In this document: positions 8,881-17,362 of the stretch, piece by piece
Numbering within the stretch: the first letter of the stretch is position 1
Layout of the letters: each line of letters begins with the position of its first letter
Assembly (NCBI GenBank): GCA_037444845.1
Contig: JBBILQ010000008.1
Location: 385-64,384 of the forward strand
Source: Candidatus Aminicenantes bacterium
GTDB lineage: Bacteria > Acidobacteriota > Aminicenantia > Aminicenantales > UBA8522
Reading direction: 5' to 3'
Length of the DNA stretch: 64,000 bases
The notes under the pieces: model-generated
The model's input: only the letters and a program-made list of their open reading frames with translations
What the model was told of the DNA's origin: nothing
Database searches by the model: none
Position numbers and translations under genes: made by a program

Positions 8881-10827
8881 TCAAGATTTGACGATGACAG
8901 CCAGCGATTCCATGTGCGGGGTGTGGGGGAAAAAGTCGAAGATGGAGAGCTTCTGGAGCTTGTAACCGTGCTGGGCAAAAAGGCTCAGGTCGCGCGCCAG
9001 GGCAGCCGGGTTGCAGGAGACATAAATGATGGCCGGAATGTTCAAGGCTGTGATGTGTTTAAGTCCTTTGTTGCTGATCCCAGCCCGGGGAGGGTCGAGC
9101 ACAACGAGGTCAAAGCCGCGGAAGTCGCTCTTCTTGAGAACCCGCTCGACGCGGCCTTCGATAAAGCGACAGTTAGAGATGCCGTTCGTCCGGCAGTTTT
9201 CCCTGGCCGTCGCGATGTTCATCGGTTCAGAATCGACGCCGACGACTTCGTCTGCGGTCCGGGATAGGAAGATCTCGATCGACCCCGGCCCGCAGTAAAG
9301 GCCCAGGACTCTCCGGCTTGCTCTGGCGTTTGCTTCGGCCGCAATTTTGCTGTAAAGAATCTCCGCCGCCTTCGGGTTAGGCTGGAAGAAGGATTCAGGA
9401 GAGATTCGAAACCGAAACCTTCCCATCGTATCCTCGATGAATTTCTGGCCGGAGATGTGTTTTTTCGCGGTGTAGTCGACGACATCGGAAACCCGGTCGG
9501 TTTCCACCCACCAGAAGCTCTTCATCCGGGACATCTCAAGCTCCAGCCTTTCGGCGAGCCGCCAGACTTCTGGCTGCCGGCCGCTCTTCGTTCCCAGGAT
9601 AGCCAGGATATCGCCGCTTGCTTTTCCTTCTCTCAAGACGAGATTCCGGAAATAGCCTTCCCGCCGGGTCGGGTCGTAGGCGGGGAGTCCCGTCTCTTTG
9701 GCAAAGCCGGCAACAAGGGGAAAAATCTCTTCGGCAGCGGGGCTGAAGATCGGGCATTTTTTGAGCTCAACAGTGCTTCTTTCGCCTTTTGCCAGAGGAG
9801 AAGCGCGGCGGCGAAGGCCAAGAAAGACGCGGCGGCCTTCTCCTCCGAAGGCAAACTCCATCTTGTTCCTGTAGAAATAAATATCCGGCGAAGGGATGAT
9901 GGGCTCTTTTTCCAGCCCGGTTGCTTCGATTTTCCCGATTGTCCTCAGGGTTCGAAGGAAATAATTCTCTTTGAGCTCGAGCTGCTTGGAATAAGCGAGG
10001 TTCTGGAAGGCGCAGCCGCCGCACTCGCCGAAATGGGGACATTCCGGCTTGACCCGAAAAGGTGAACGAGAGTTGAAGTTGATCATCCGGCCGAAAAAAT
10101 GTTTTTTCCTTTTCCGCGCCACCCTGATTGTGACCTGATCGCCGACGATGGTCCCGGGGACAAAAGTGACTGCCTTGTCGATCATCGCCACACCCCAGTC
10201 GTTCGGGAAAGCGATATCGGTGATAGTGACGGAATGCTCCGCGCTCAAGAACTCGGCCAGCAGCCTCTTGACTCTCTTAACGGGAAGGCCGACGACATTG
10301 TCGTAGTCGCCTTCGAGTTTTTCGACAAAGGCATCCCCGACCTTTTGAATGGCGTAACCTCCGGCTTTGTCAGCGAACTCGCCGGTCGCGAGATAGCCTT
10401 CGATCTCTTCGTCGCTTAACGGCTTGAAGCGGACGTGGCTGATCTCGCAATCGGCGAGGAGCCTGTCCTCGTCTTTCTTGTAAAAGGCGACGGCGGTGAT
10501 AACGCGATGCCTTTGGCCGGAGAGTTTCTTGAGCATCTGCCTGGCGTCAAGCCTGTCTTTGGGCTTTCCGAGGATTTCCTTTCCCAGACAGACGAGAGTA
10601 TCAGCCCCTAAGACCAGCGCAGACGGAAATTTCTCGGCCACATCCCGCGCTTTGGCTTCGGCAGCATGGAGGGCAAAACGCACTGGGTCTTGTTCTCGGA
10701 AGGTCTCTTCGTCCACTTCGCTCGGGACAACCTGGAAGCGGCTGACGATTCTCTTGAGGAGCTCTTGTCGTCGCGGCGACCGAGAGGCAAGGATGATCTC
10801 TAGACCGGTCTCAGGATTTGTCCGCAT
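8881..10827 (-). CDS. rlmD: Maf nucleotide pyrophosphatase fused to 23S rRNA m5U methyltransferase RlmD
   Basis: N-terminal ~195 aa: ILASRSPRR, GADTLV, GKP, DKAGGYAIQ, NVVGLP. Then TRAM domain, CPHFGECGGC Fe-S motif, YRNKMEF, SFFQPN, DPPRAG, YVSCNP, FFPHTPHME. One continuous frame. Confidence 0.9.
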   Translation of the reverse strand: MRTNPETGLEIILASRSPRRQELLKRIVSRFQVVPSEVDEETFREQDPVRFALHAAEAKARDVAEKFPSALVLGADTLVCLGKEILGKPKDRLDARQMLKKLSGQRHRVITAVAFYKKDEDRLLADCEISHVRFKPLSDEEIEGYLATGEFADKAGGYAIQKVGDAFVEKLEGDYDNVVGLPVKRVKRLLAEFLSAEHSVTITDIAFPNDWGVAMIDKAVTFVPGTIVGDQVTIRVARKRKKHFFGRMINFNSRSPFRVKPECPHFGECGGCAFQNLAYSKQLELKENYFLRTLRTIGKIEATGLEKEPIIPSPDIYFYRNKMEFAFGGEGRRVFLGLRRRASPLAKGERSTVELKKCPIFSPAAEEIFPLVAGFAKETGLPAYDPTRREGYFRNLVLREGKASGDILAILGTKSGRQPEVWRLAERLELEMSRMKSFWWVETDRVSDVVDYTAKKHISGQKFIEDTMGRFRFRISPESFFQPNPKAAEILYSKIAAEANARASRRVLGLYCGPGSIEIFLSRTADEVVGVDSEPMNIATARENCRTNGISNCRFIEGRVERVLKKSDFRGFDLVVLDPPRAGISNKGLKHITALNIPAIIYVSCNPAALARDLSLFAQHGYKLQKLSIFDFFPHTPHMESLAVIVKS

Positions 10828-10908
10828 CGGTCCACACTATATGACCGGAGAAGTGCCGATGTCAACGCCGGACATTCGAACGTTCGATGAGAAGGGCAAC
10901 ATTCTTGG

Positions 10909-10937
10909 TTGACAAGAGGGGAGAGAATTTCTATAGT
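10909..10937 (+). promoter_or_regulatory. sigma70-type promoter for POT transporter
   Basis: TTGACA, 17 nt, TATAGT. Confidence 0.6.
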
Positions 10938-10974
10938 AGTCCGAGCCAGCTCGAACCAACAAGGACGGTGAGCC

Positions 10975-12657
10975 ATGTTCAAAGGGCATCCGAAGGGTCT
11001 CTTTGTCGCCTTTTTTTCCAACATGGGCGAGCGGTTCGGGTTTTACACGATGATCAGCATCTTTGTCCTCTTCCTTCAAGCCAAGTACGGCTTTAACGCC
11101 GCCCAATCGAGCTTAGTTTATGGAGTTTTTCTTTTCTGTGTTTATTTTTTCCCGCTGCTCGGGGGAGTGGTGGCTGACAGGCTGTTAGGCTACGGGAGGA
11201 CGATCAGCCTTGGTCTTGTCGTCATGTTCTTAGGCTACATGATGCTCGCGATCCCGAGCGTTAGGGAGACGAATTTCGCTCTCGTTATCGCCGCCCTGGC
11301 CACGATAGCCCTGGGCACAGGGTTTTTCAAGGGCAACCTCCAGGCACTCGTGGGGAACCTGTATGATGACCCCCATTACGGCGCCTTGCGCGACAGGGCG
11401 TTCAATATTTTTTACATGGGGATCAACATCGGCGCGATGTTCGCGCCGACAGCCTCGGAAAAGGTCAGCAACTGGATTCTGGCCGCGTCGAACTATGTTT
11501 ACGACGCAAGGATTCCAGCGCTGGCCAACGATTTCCTGAAGGGAAAACTGGCCGAGGCGGGCGAGTATCTCTCCATCGCCCGGCTCCAGGACCCGAGCGT
11601 CACCCTGGAAACGCTCGCCGGGTTTTCGGAGAGATACATCAACGCCCTGAGCAAATCCTACCACTACGGCTTCGGAGTGGCCTGCGTCAGCCTGATCATC
11701 TCCATGCTCATCTTCTGGGGTTTCCGGAAGTTTTACCGGCAGGCCGATTTCACCGAAAAACAGAAAGCCAAGTCTGAAGCGCTCAAATCTCAAGTAGTCG
11801 AACTGACTCCCCAGCAAACAAGGGAACGCCTGGTCGCCCTTGTTCTCGTGTTTTTGGTCGTCATCTTCTTCTGGATGTCTTTCCACCAGAGCGCGGTCAC
11901 GATGACCTATTTTGCGAGGGATTACACTGTGCCGAGCGTGGGCAAGATCGCCAACTTGCTTTTTGACCTTTTCGGCCTTCTGGCCGTCTTCCTGGCCGTC
12001 GTGGGCCTTGTTTTCCTGCTCAGGAAAAGTTCTGGCACCGGAACGCGGTTGCTCGGAGGGCTGGCTCTTGTCGGGTTTGGACTCCTCGCCCTCCAGAGAT
12101 ACAAAAGCTACGGGGAGGTCAACCCGTTCACTCCGCAAAAATTCCAGCATTTCAACCCGTTTTTTATCGTCGCTTTAACCCCGCTCGTTGTCGGCCTGTT
12201 CGGCTATCTGAACAGGAAGGGGAAAGAGCCCTCGGCGCCGAGGAAAATCGGTGTCGGCATGCTCATCACCGCGGTCGGCTTCCTCCTGCTCGTTTTTGGG
12301 TCGTTCGGGTTGCCCAGCCCGAAAGAACTTGGCGGACAGGTGGCGCCGGCCGGAGACCTTGTTTCCGTCTACTGGCTGATCGCGACGTATTTTTTGCTGA
12401 CGATTGCTGAGCTCTTCCTCAGCCCGATGGGGATTTCTTTCGTTTCGCGAGTGGCGCCTCCAAAGTACAAAGGAATGATGCAGGGCGGATGGTTTGCCGC
12501 GACAGCCATCGGGAACTATCTTGTCGCCGTCATCGGCTATTTCTGGTTGAGGGTGCCCTTATGGTCGTTGTGGTTGATCCTGGTTGTTTGCTGTCTTCTT
12601 TCTGCCGGGTTCATCTTTGCGGTGATGAAAAGGCTTGAGCGGGTGGCTCGAGCTTAG
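10975..12657 (+). CDS. Proton-dependent oligopeptide transporter (POT/PTR, MFS)
   Basis: ERFGFY, GGVVADRLLG, FYMGINIG and TIAELFLSPMG motifs. Confidence 0.92.
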   Translation: MFKGHPKGLFVAFFSNMGERFGFYTMISIFVLFLQAKYGFNAAQSSLVYGVFLFCVYFFPLLGGVVADRLLGYGRTISLGLVVMFLGYMMLAIPSVRETNFALVIAALATIALGTGFFKGNLQALVGNLYDDPHYGALRDRAFNIFYMGINIGAMFAPTASEKVSNWILAASNYVYDARIPALANDFLKGKLAEAGEYLSIARLQDPSVTLETLAGFSERYINALSKSYHYGFGVACVSLIISMLIFWGFRKFYRQADFTEKQKAKSEALKSQVVELTPQQTRERLVALVLVFLVVIFFWMSFHQSAVTMTYFARDYTVPSVGKIANLLFDLFGLLAVFLAVVGLVFLLRKSSGTGTRLLGGLALVGFGLLALQRYKSYGEVNPFTPQKFQHFNPFFIVALTPLVVGLFGYLNRKGKEPSAPRKIGVGMLITAVGFLLLVFGSFGLPSPKELGGQVAPAGDLVSVYWLIATYFLLTIAELFLSPMGISFVSRVAPPKYKGMMQGGWFAATAIGNYLVAVIGYFWLRVPLWSLWLILVVCCLLSAGFIFAVMKRLERVARA

Positions 12658-13475
12658 GCGAGTTTCTTGAGGACATAGAAACAGCGATCTCTGTAAAGAA
12701 AATCGACTGCCGCATAACCGCGCCCGAAGTATCTCCGCATGGCTCTGCGAAGACGATCCTGCCAGGCTGCGATGAAAGCACGCGCCGTACGGCTTGTGTT
12801 TATTTCCTGCGGGACCTCGGCCAGGATGATTTTATCGTCAAGGTTGAGTCTTACTTTGCCCGGCCAGGAGTCTGGGGCAGTGGATTTTCTCTCAAGAGCC
12901 CTTGGTAGCCTATTTTCGTCATACCGATCAAATCTATCCTGCCGGTGCCTTTCAACCCGGGCTGTCCTTATCTGCCACTCGACCAGAAACCGGTCGGTCG
13001 GGATGTGCAGGCCGTGGGTCAGGGAGGATGTCGTCCCGTAAAAATTCGGCCAGTAGGTCCTGGTCATCGCGCCTAAGGTGTGCAGGTTGAGGTTGGCATT
13101 CCTGGCGACAAGAGGGTCAAAGGTCCAGGTAATCAGGTCGTATCCCAGCCTCAGGGCCCATCTCCGCTGCGCCCATTTCAGCTTTTTGCCGATCCCAAGG
13201 CCTTGGTAATCCGGGAGGACAGCCAGAAGGTGAGAATGCTGGCGCGGCTTGTTGTCGAAGATTGCGGGGAAGGAATAGACAAAACCGGCGAGTTCCTCTT
13301 CGACGTAAGCCCCCAGGAGGATTGCTCCCATCCGGGAGGTGATGGAGAACTGATGGGTGGGAGTAAGGTCGATGTCATCGTGTTTCCAGACGGTTTTCTG
13401 GATACGGACGAGCTTGGCGAAATCGGCGTGGCTCGTCAGCTTTCGGATTCTGACCTGGAGCCTTCTCTTTTTCAT
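12654..13475 (-). CDS. GNAT acyltransferase, COG3375-like
   Basis: HSHLLAVLPDYQGLGIGKKLKWAQR, WTFDPL, NANLN, DRFLVEW. Start MKKRR at 13475 preferred. Confidence 0.8.
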   Translation of the reverse strand: MKKRRLQVRIRKLTSHADFAKLVRIQKTVWKHDDIDLTPTHQFSITSRMGAILLGAYVEEELAGFVYSFPAIFDNKPRQHSHLLAVLPDYQGLGIGKKLKWAQRRWALRLGYDLITWTFDPLVARNANLNLHTLGAMTRTYWPNFYGTTSSLTHGLHIPTDRFLVEWQIRTARVERHRQDRFDRYDENRLPRALERKSTAPDSWPGKVRLNLDDKIILAEVPQEINTSRTARAFIAAWQDRLRRAMRRYFGRGYAAVDFLYRDRCFYVLKKLA

Positions 13476-13546
13476 CGGTTTCGCTTCTATTCCTGCAGAA
13501 TATATCTTTAGCGGGAAATCCATGTCAAGTTAATAGGGGTTAATAG

Positions 13547-13750
13547 GGGGACAGCATACGCAATTCACTTAACCTGATCTATTCACAAAATGATACGATA
13601 AAACGCCCCCTCCCCTGGCGGGAGGGGATAGAGGGGAGGGGGAATCTTTGAATGATCCCCCTCACCCCGACCCTCTCCCACATGGGGAGAGGGGATTTTT
13701 TCCTTTCATTTCGTGAATAGTCCAGGTTAATTGAGGGCAACGTATGCCCG
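13547..13750. repeat. REP-like GGGGACA hairpin interrupted by a MITE
   Basis: GCATACG (13554-13560) and CGTATGC (13741-13747) form one hairpin once the 154-bp insert is removed; left arm GGGGACA..AATTC resembles 1304-1356. Confidence 0.5.
13573..13726. mobile_element. 154-bp MITE with 21-bp terminal inverted repeats
   Basis: CCTGATCTATTCACAAAATGA versus reverse complement CCTGGACTATTCACGAAATGA (18/21); flanked by TTAA at 13569-13572 and 13727-13730; GC-rich internal palindromes. Confidence 0.8.
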
Positions 13751-14155
13751 GTTTACTAATTGCGGCAGCATAGAAAGTGGGGCATATTCAATTGGTGAGA
13801 GAGACGAAAAAAATCTCGTGATGAGGTCGGGACTCATGGGCCGGTCCATGAAGCCCCGCGACTCGAGGACGAATTCCTTTCCTTCTCGGCTGAAATCGGC
13901 TTGATCCCGGATGGCGATAAATTGATACGTCAGGCCATGCCTGTCTTTTTTCCCGCCGTAAGAGAACTTGTCGAGAGGCAGAGAAAGGGAGCGGGATAAA
14001 AAACGAATCAGGTCGAGAGTGTTCCAGTGCGATTTTTTGAGAAGGTAAACACGGTGCTGTCCTCGGGGCCGGAGGCGAAGGGCTGCCCTCTCTTCGACAA
14101 CAAAACCCTCCGAAATTGACTTGATCGCGGGACGCCCGGGTTTATCTCCAGACAT
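13727..14155 (-). pseudogene. truD: 3'-truncated tRNA pseudouridine(13) synthase TruD
   Basis: IKSISEGFVVEE, YLLKKSHWNTLD and YGGKKDRHGLTYQ (catalytic Asp motif). Similarity stops near 13820, where a GNxF motif should follow; 142 codons versus >300 aa expected. Confidence 0.8.
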
Positions 14156-15014
14156 TGTATTTCTTAACCAGGTGGTGGGGATAGTAGGACATTTTGGCCC
14201 GGCGCAGGCCGGCAACGCCAATATCCTGCTCCCGGTTGATGAACCTGAAGCCCGCCCATTCATGCCTGACGAATTCGCGGTTGATGAGCTGACTGAGGCC
14301 GTCATAACCAGGGCTGGCGATCTCGATGTGGATGACGGCCGTGTCAGCATTCAACCTCCCCCCGATCGAAAAAGCTTCAATCTGTCCTTCCACCTCGATC
14401 GCCCCGCCAACAAGCTCCAGATCCTTGAAGTGAGCGAGAGCTTCGAGGATGGCCGTTTTCTGCTCTTCGCCCACGGGCTGCCGCTGTTCTGCTTTTTCTC
14501 CCACCCACTTTTCGAAGAGATGCCGGCAGCCCTGAAGATGCTCAGGAGAGAGCGTCACGTATCTGTGGCTGTAGCTTTTTTCAAATTTCCTGATCCTGTT
14601 TCGCTTTCCGTCGTATTTCTTCCCCCTGAGTGAGATCAAGTCTGAGGTTAGATAAACATAGTCAAAGTTGTTTGGGTCCTGATCGTGCGCGAACCCGCTG
14701 CAGTAGCGCTCGACGAAGGCTTCTGGAACCCGGGAAAGCCGTGGCGAAAAAGAGAGGCAGGTTTCGACCGTTTCCCGGATGTCGGTATGGCCGAGCGGCT
14801 GCAAAAAATAAGCGGGCTCGGAGGGAGGTTCACAGAGGAAGCAGAGGTTGCCGTTTATCGTCGTCATCTTGGGGTGCTCGAAATTCCGCCAGATAAAAAT
14901 ATTGGCAAAGCTGATCTCGCACGCTTCTGAAGGAAAGCGACGGATGAAGCCCAAAATCGTCTCCTTGTCCTCGAGCCCGACCAGCTTGAATTCCGGAAAA
15001 CGTGGCAGGGTCAT
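14142..15014 (-). CDS. DUF2156 / LPG-synthase C-terminal-like tRNA-dependent transferase domain protein
   Basis: SFANIFIW, DYVYLTSDLISLRGKKYDGKRNRI, HIEIA, FINREQDIGVAGLRRAKMSYYP. Confidence 0.88.
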   Translation of the reverse strand: MTLPRFPEFKLVGLEDKETILGFIRRFPSEACEISFANIFIWRNFEHPKMTTINGNLCFLCEPPSEPAYFLQPLGHTDIRETVETCLSFSPRLSRVPEAFVERYCSGFAHDQDPNNFDYVYLTSDLISLRGKKYDGKRNRIRKFEKSYSHRYVTLSPEHLQGCRHLFEKWVGEKAEQRQPVGEEQKTAILEALAHFKDLELVGGAIEVEGQIEAFSIGGRLNADTAVIHIEIASPGYDGLSQLINREFVRHEWAGFRFINREQDIGVAGLRRAKMSYYPHHLVKKYNVWR

Positions 15015-15418
15015 CCTCGTTTTTTGATCATGATCGTGCAGCGGTCGCGGCTGCACTCCGCGCACCAGTCGACTTTCTTGATCATCGAGGCGGGGATAGA
15101 ACCAGATTCTTCAAACCCGAGTTTTCTGAAAAATTCCGGGATGATTGTGGCCAGGTAGATATCGCCGGATGTTTCCTGGAGGAGAGTCCGGACAAGTTGC
15201 CTTCCCAAGCCCCTTTTCTGGAATGTTTCATCGACGCCGAGCGAACAAAGCTCCCTGCAGTCCGGATGCTTCTTGAGTCCGCAAATGCCGATGATTTTGT
15301 CGCCTTCCGAAGCCACCCAGAAATCATCCGCTGCCATGTTCTCGTAATCGAGGTTGTGCTTGGCCGCGAGAGCGCTGATTTGAGGCAAGTCGTCTTTTAC
15401 AGCTTTTCGGATGGGCAT
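15011..15418 (-). CDS. Short GNAT N-acetyltransferase (ArgA-like)
   Basis: ELCSLGVDETFQKRGLG, PEFFRKLGF, C-terminal WCAECSRDRC; ATGA overlap with DUF2156 gene. Confidence 0.85.
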   Translation of the reverse strand: MPIRKAVKDDLPQISALAAKHNLDYENMAADDFWVASEGDKIIGICGLKKHPDCRELCSLGVDETFQKRGLGRQLVRTLLQETSGDIYLATIIPEFFRKLGFEESGSIPASMIKKVDWCAECSRDRCTIMIKKRG

Positions 15419-15588
15419 GCGAGTATTTTACCATAAAGCCCCGGATCTCCTTGCCAAGAAAAAGAACAGGCCCGGGCCCCAAGTTGAGGAAAGATATGCG
15501 TTCAGTTTAAATAAAAGACCTTTTTATTTGACGAATCAGACATGTCCATGTTAATAGTTATTTGCATTTAATAAAGGAATAAACGATT

Positions 15589-16626
15589 ATGGGCAGCAGC
15601 GAATTTGCAGGAACTTACCTGGACAGCAAGATCCGGTCGTCATCAAGAGGACACCGACGTTCGATATCAGCGAGACGGAGCCTTTCTCTGGGCCTGCGAG
15701 GGCTCAAAAATTCCATCCGAAGAAGGCCATTGACCATATCCTTTGAGATTACCCACGCCTGCAACGCAAAATGTCGTCATTGTCATCTCGGAGGGGGAAT
15801 AAAGGAAGACCGGGCCTCTCCTCAGGCCTATGCGGAGATCTGCCGCAGGGTTAAGCCCGTCATCGCCCAGTTTTCTGGCGGCGAGCCGCTTCTCCGCCAG
15901 GACCTCGAGGAGATCGTCCGGGCGGTTCGCGTCCGTGACCGCGCGCCTTATGTCGTGGTTACGACCAACGGAGCCCTGCTCACAAGAAAACGCTACGACG
16001 GCCTCCGCGAGGCCGGGGTCGACGAGTTCTCGATTTCGCTGGATTATCCGGACGAGCGGCATGATGCGTTCCGGCGGATCCCCGGTCTGTTCGGCCGCAT
16101 CAGGGCTCTGGTCGAAGGCTTGATCCCGTCAGAGAGGAGCCACATCACGCTTTGCTGTGTCATCCAGCGTGACAATTTTAGAGACCTTCCGCGGATGTCA
16201 GAGCTTGCATGGAAATGGAGCGTTGCCATCAACTTCAGCTGCTACACACCGCTCCGGACTCATGACCGGAGTTACATGATTCCTCGGGAAGAGCTGGGCG
16301 AATTCCAGGAGATCACCAAACGGCTCGTTGCTTTCAAGAAGCAACACGACACCGTCTTCACATCGGAATATTTTTTTAAGAACATGACGAACTATTTCGA
16401 GCGGGGCTATTTTCCCCGCTGCCGTACTGGAGAGAAGTTTTGCAACGTCAATCCCAACGGGACGTTTTCTCCCTGCGGCCTGATCATCACAGATTTCAAG
16501 ACACTGGAAGAACTGAAAACCGGCTTTTCAAGGACGAACACCTGCGCCTACTGCCTGACGAGCACCCGGGCCAATTCCGAACAGCCGCTCTGGCGGTTAG
16601 CCTGGAATGTGCTGGAAAACTTTTAA
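15589..16626 (+). CDS. Radical SAM enzyme with twitch/SPASM-like domain
   Basis: CNAKCRHC, SGGEPLLR, TTNG, SLD; C-x12-G-x4-C plus CAYC. True start may be downstream of 15589. Confidence 0.9.
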   Translation: MGSSEFAGTYLDSKIRSSSRGHRRSISARRSLSLGLRGLKNSIRRRPLTISFEITHACNAKCRHCHLGGGIKEDRASPQAYAEICRRVKPVIAQFSGGEPLLRQDLEEIVRAVRVRDRAPYVVVTTNGALLTRKRYDGLREAGVDEFSISLDYPDERHDAFRRIPGLFGRIRALVEGLIPSERSHITLCCVIQRDNFRDLPRMSELAWKWSVAINFSCYTPLRTHDRSYMIPREELGEFQEITKRLVAFKKQHDTVFTSEYFFKNMTNYFERGYFPRCRTGEKFCNVNPNGTFSPCGLIITDFKTLEELKTGFSRTNTCAYCLTSTRANSEQPLWRLAWNVLENF

Positions 16627-16647
16627 GGATGGCCGTCACGCCGGACC

Positions 16648-17343
16648 ATGCCCATAGGAAACAAAAAACAAGCGCCGTCTCCAGGATCATCGACGTTTGG
16701 CCCCGTTACAGGGCTGAATAAACACGCGCGGAACATCCTTTTTGCGCTGCAGTTCCTGTTCATCGGAACTCTCGCCGTTATCTGGATCAGTTCGGGCCTC
16801 ATTCAAAAAAGCACGAATCTTCTGGTGCTCTTTTTCTACAGCTTTCCCTCCGAATTTGTTATCGGCATGCTTCCCCACGAGCCCGCCCTCATCTATTTCG
16901 GCGCGTTTTTCGATCCGTTGACGGTGACCTGGGTGGCTCTCTTGAGCACAGTCTTAGCGGAAATAGGTAATTATTTTGTCATTCGCCGCATCTTTGATTT
17001 TCGGGCCTTGCAGAACTTCCGGACAAGCGCCACGACCAGCAGGATTATGAGCCTTTTTAAAAGGGCCCCCTTTCTGGCTGTCTGGATCGCCGGATTCACT
17101 CCCATCCCCTTCTTTCCCTTTCGGTTTCTCGTCGTGCTGGCCGAATATCCTGTTTGGAAATACGCGTTGGCTGTGGCGACCTCTCGCGGGCCTCGATTCT
17201 ACCTCCTGGCGCTCGCGGGAAAGCTGATGAAAATTCCCGATATCGTCTTGATCTTATTCTCTGTGATTATTGTTCTGACGGCCAATTTCCCTTTTATCAA
17301 AAGTTTCGCGAGAAAAAGACTTTCCAGGAAAACGACCCCTTGA
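16648..17343 (+). CDS. VTT/DedA family membrane protein
   Basis: LPHEP re-entrant motif, GFTPIPFF and SRGPRF motifs; hydrophobic. Confidence 0.75.
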   Translation: MPIGNKKQAPSPGSSTFGPVTGLNKHARNILFALQFLFIGTLAVIWISSGLIQKSTNLLVLFFYSFPSEFVIGMLPHEPALIYFGAFFDPLTVTWVALLSTVLAEIGNYFVIRRIFDFRALQNFRTSATTSRIMSLFKRAPFLAVWIAGFTPIPFFPFRFLVVLAEYPVWKYALAVATSRGPRFYLLALAGKLMKIPDIVLILFSVIIVLTANFPFIKSFARKRLSRKTTP

Positions 17344-17362
17344 TCAGGAACGGTCAAAAGGA

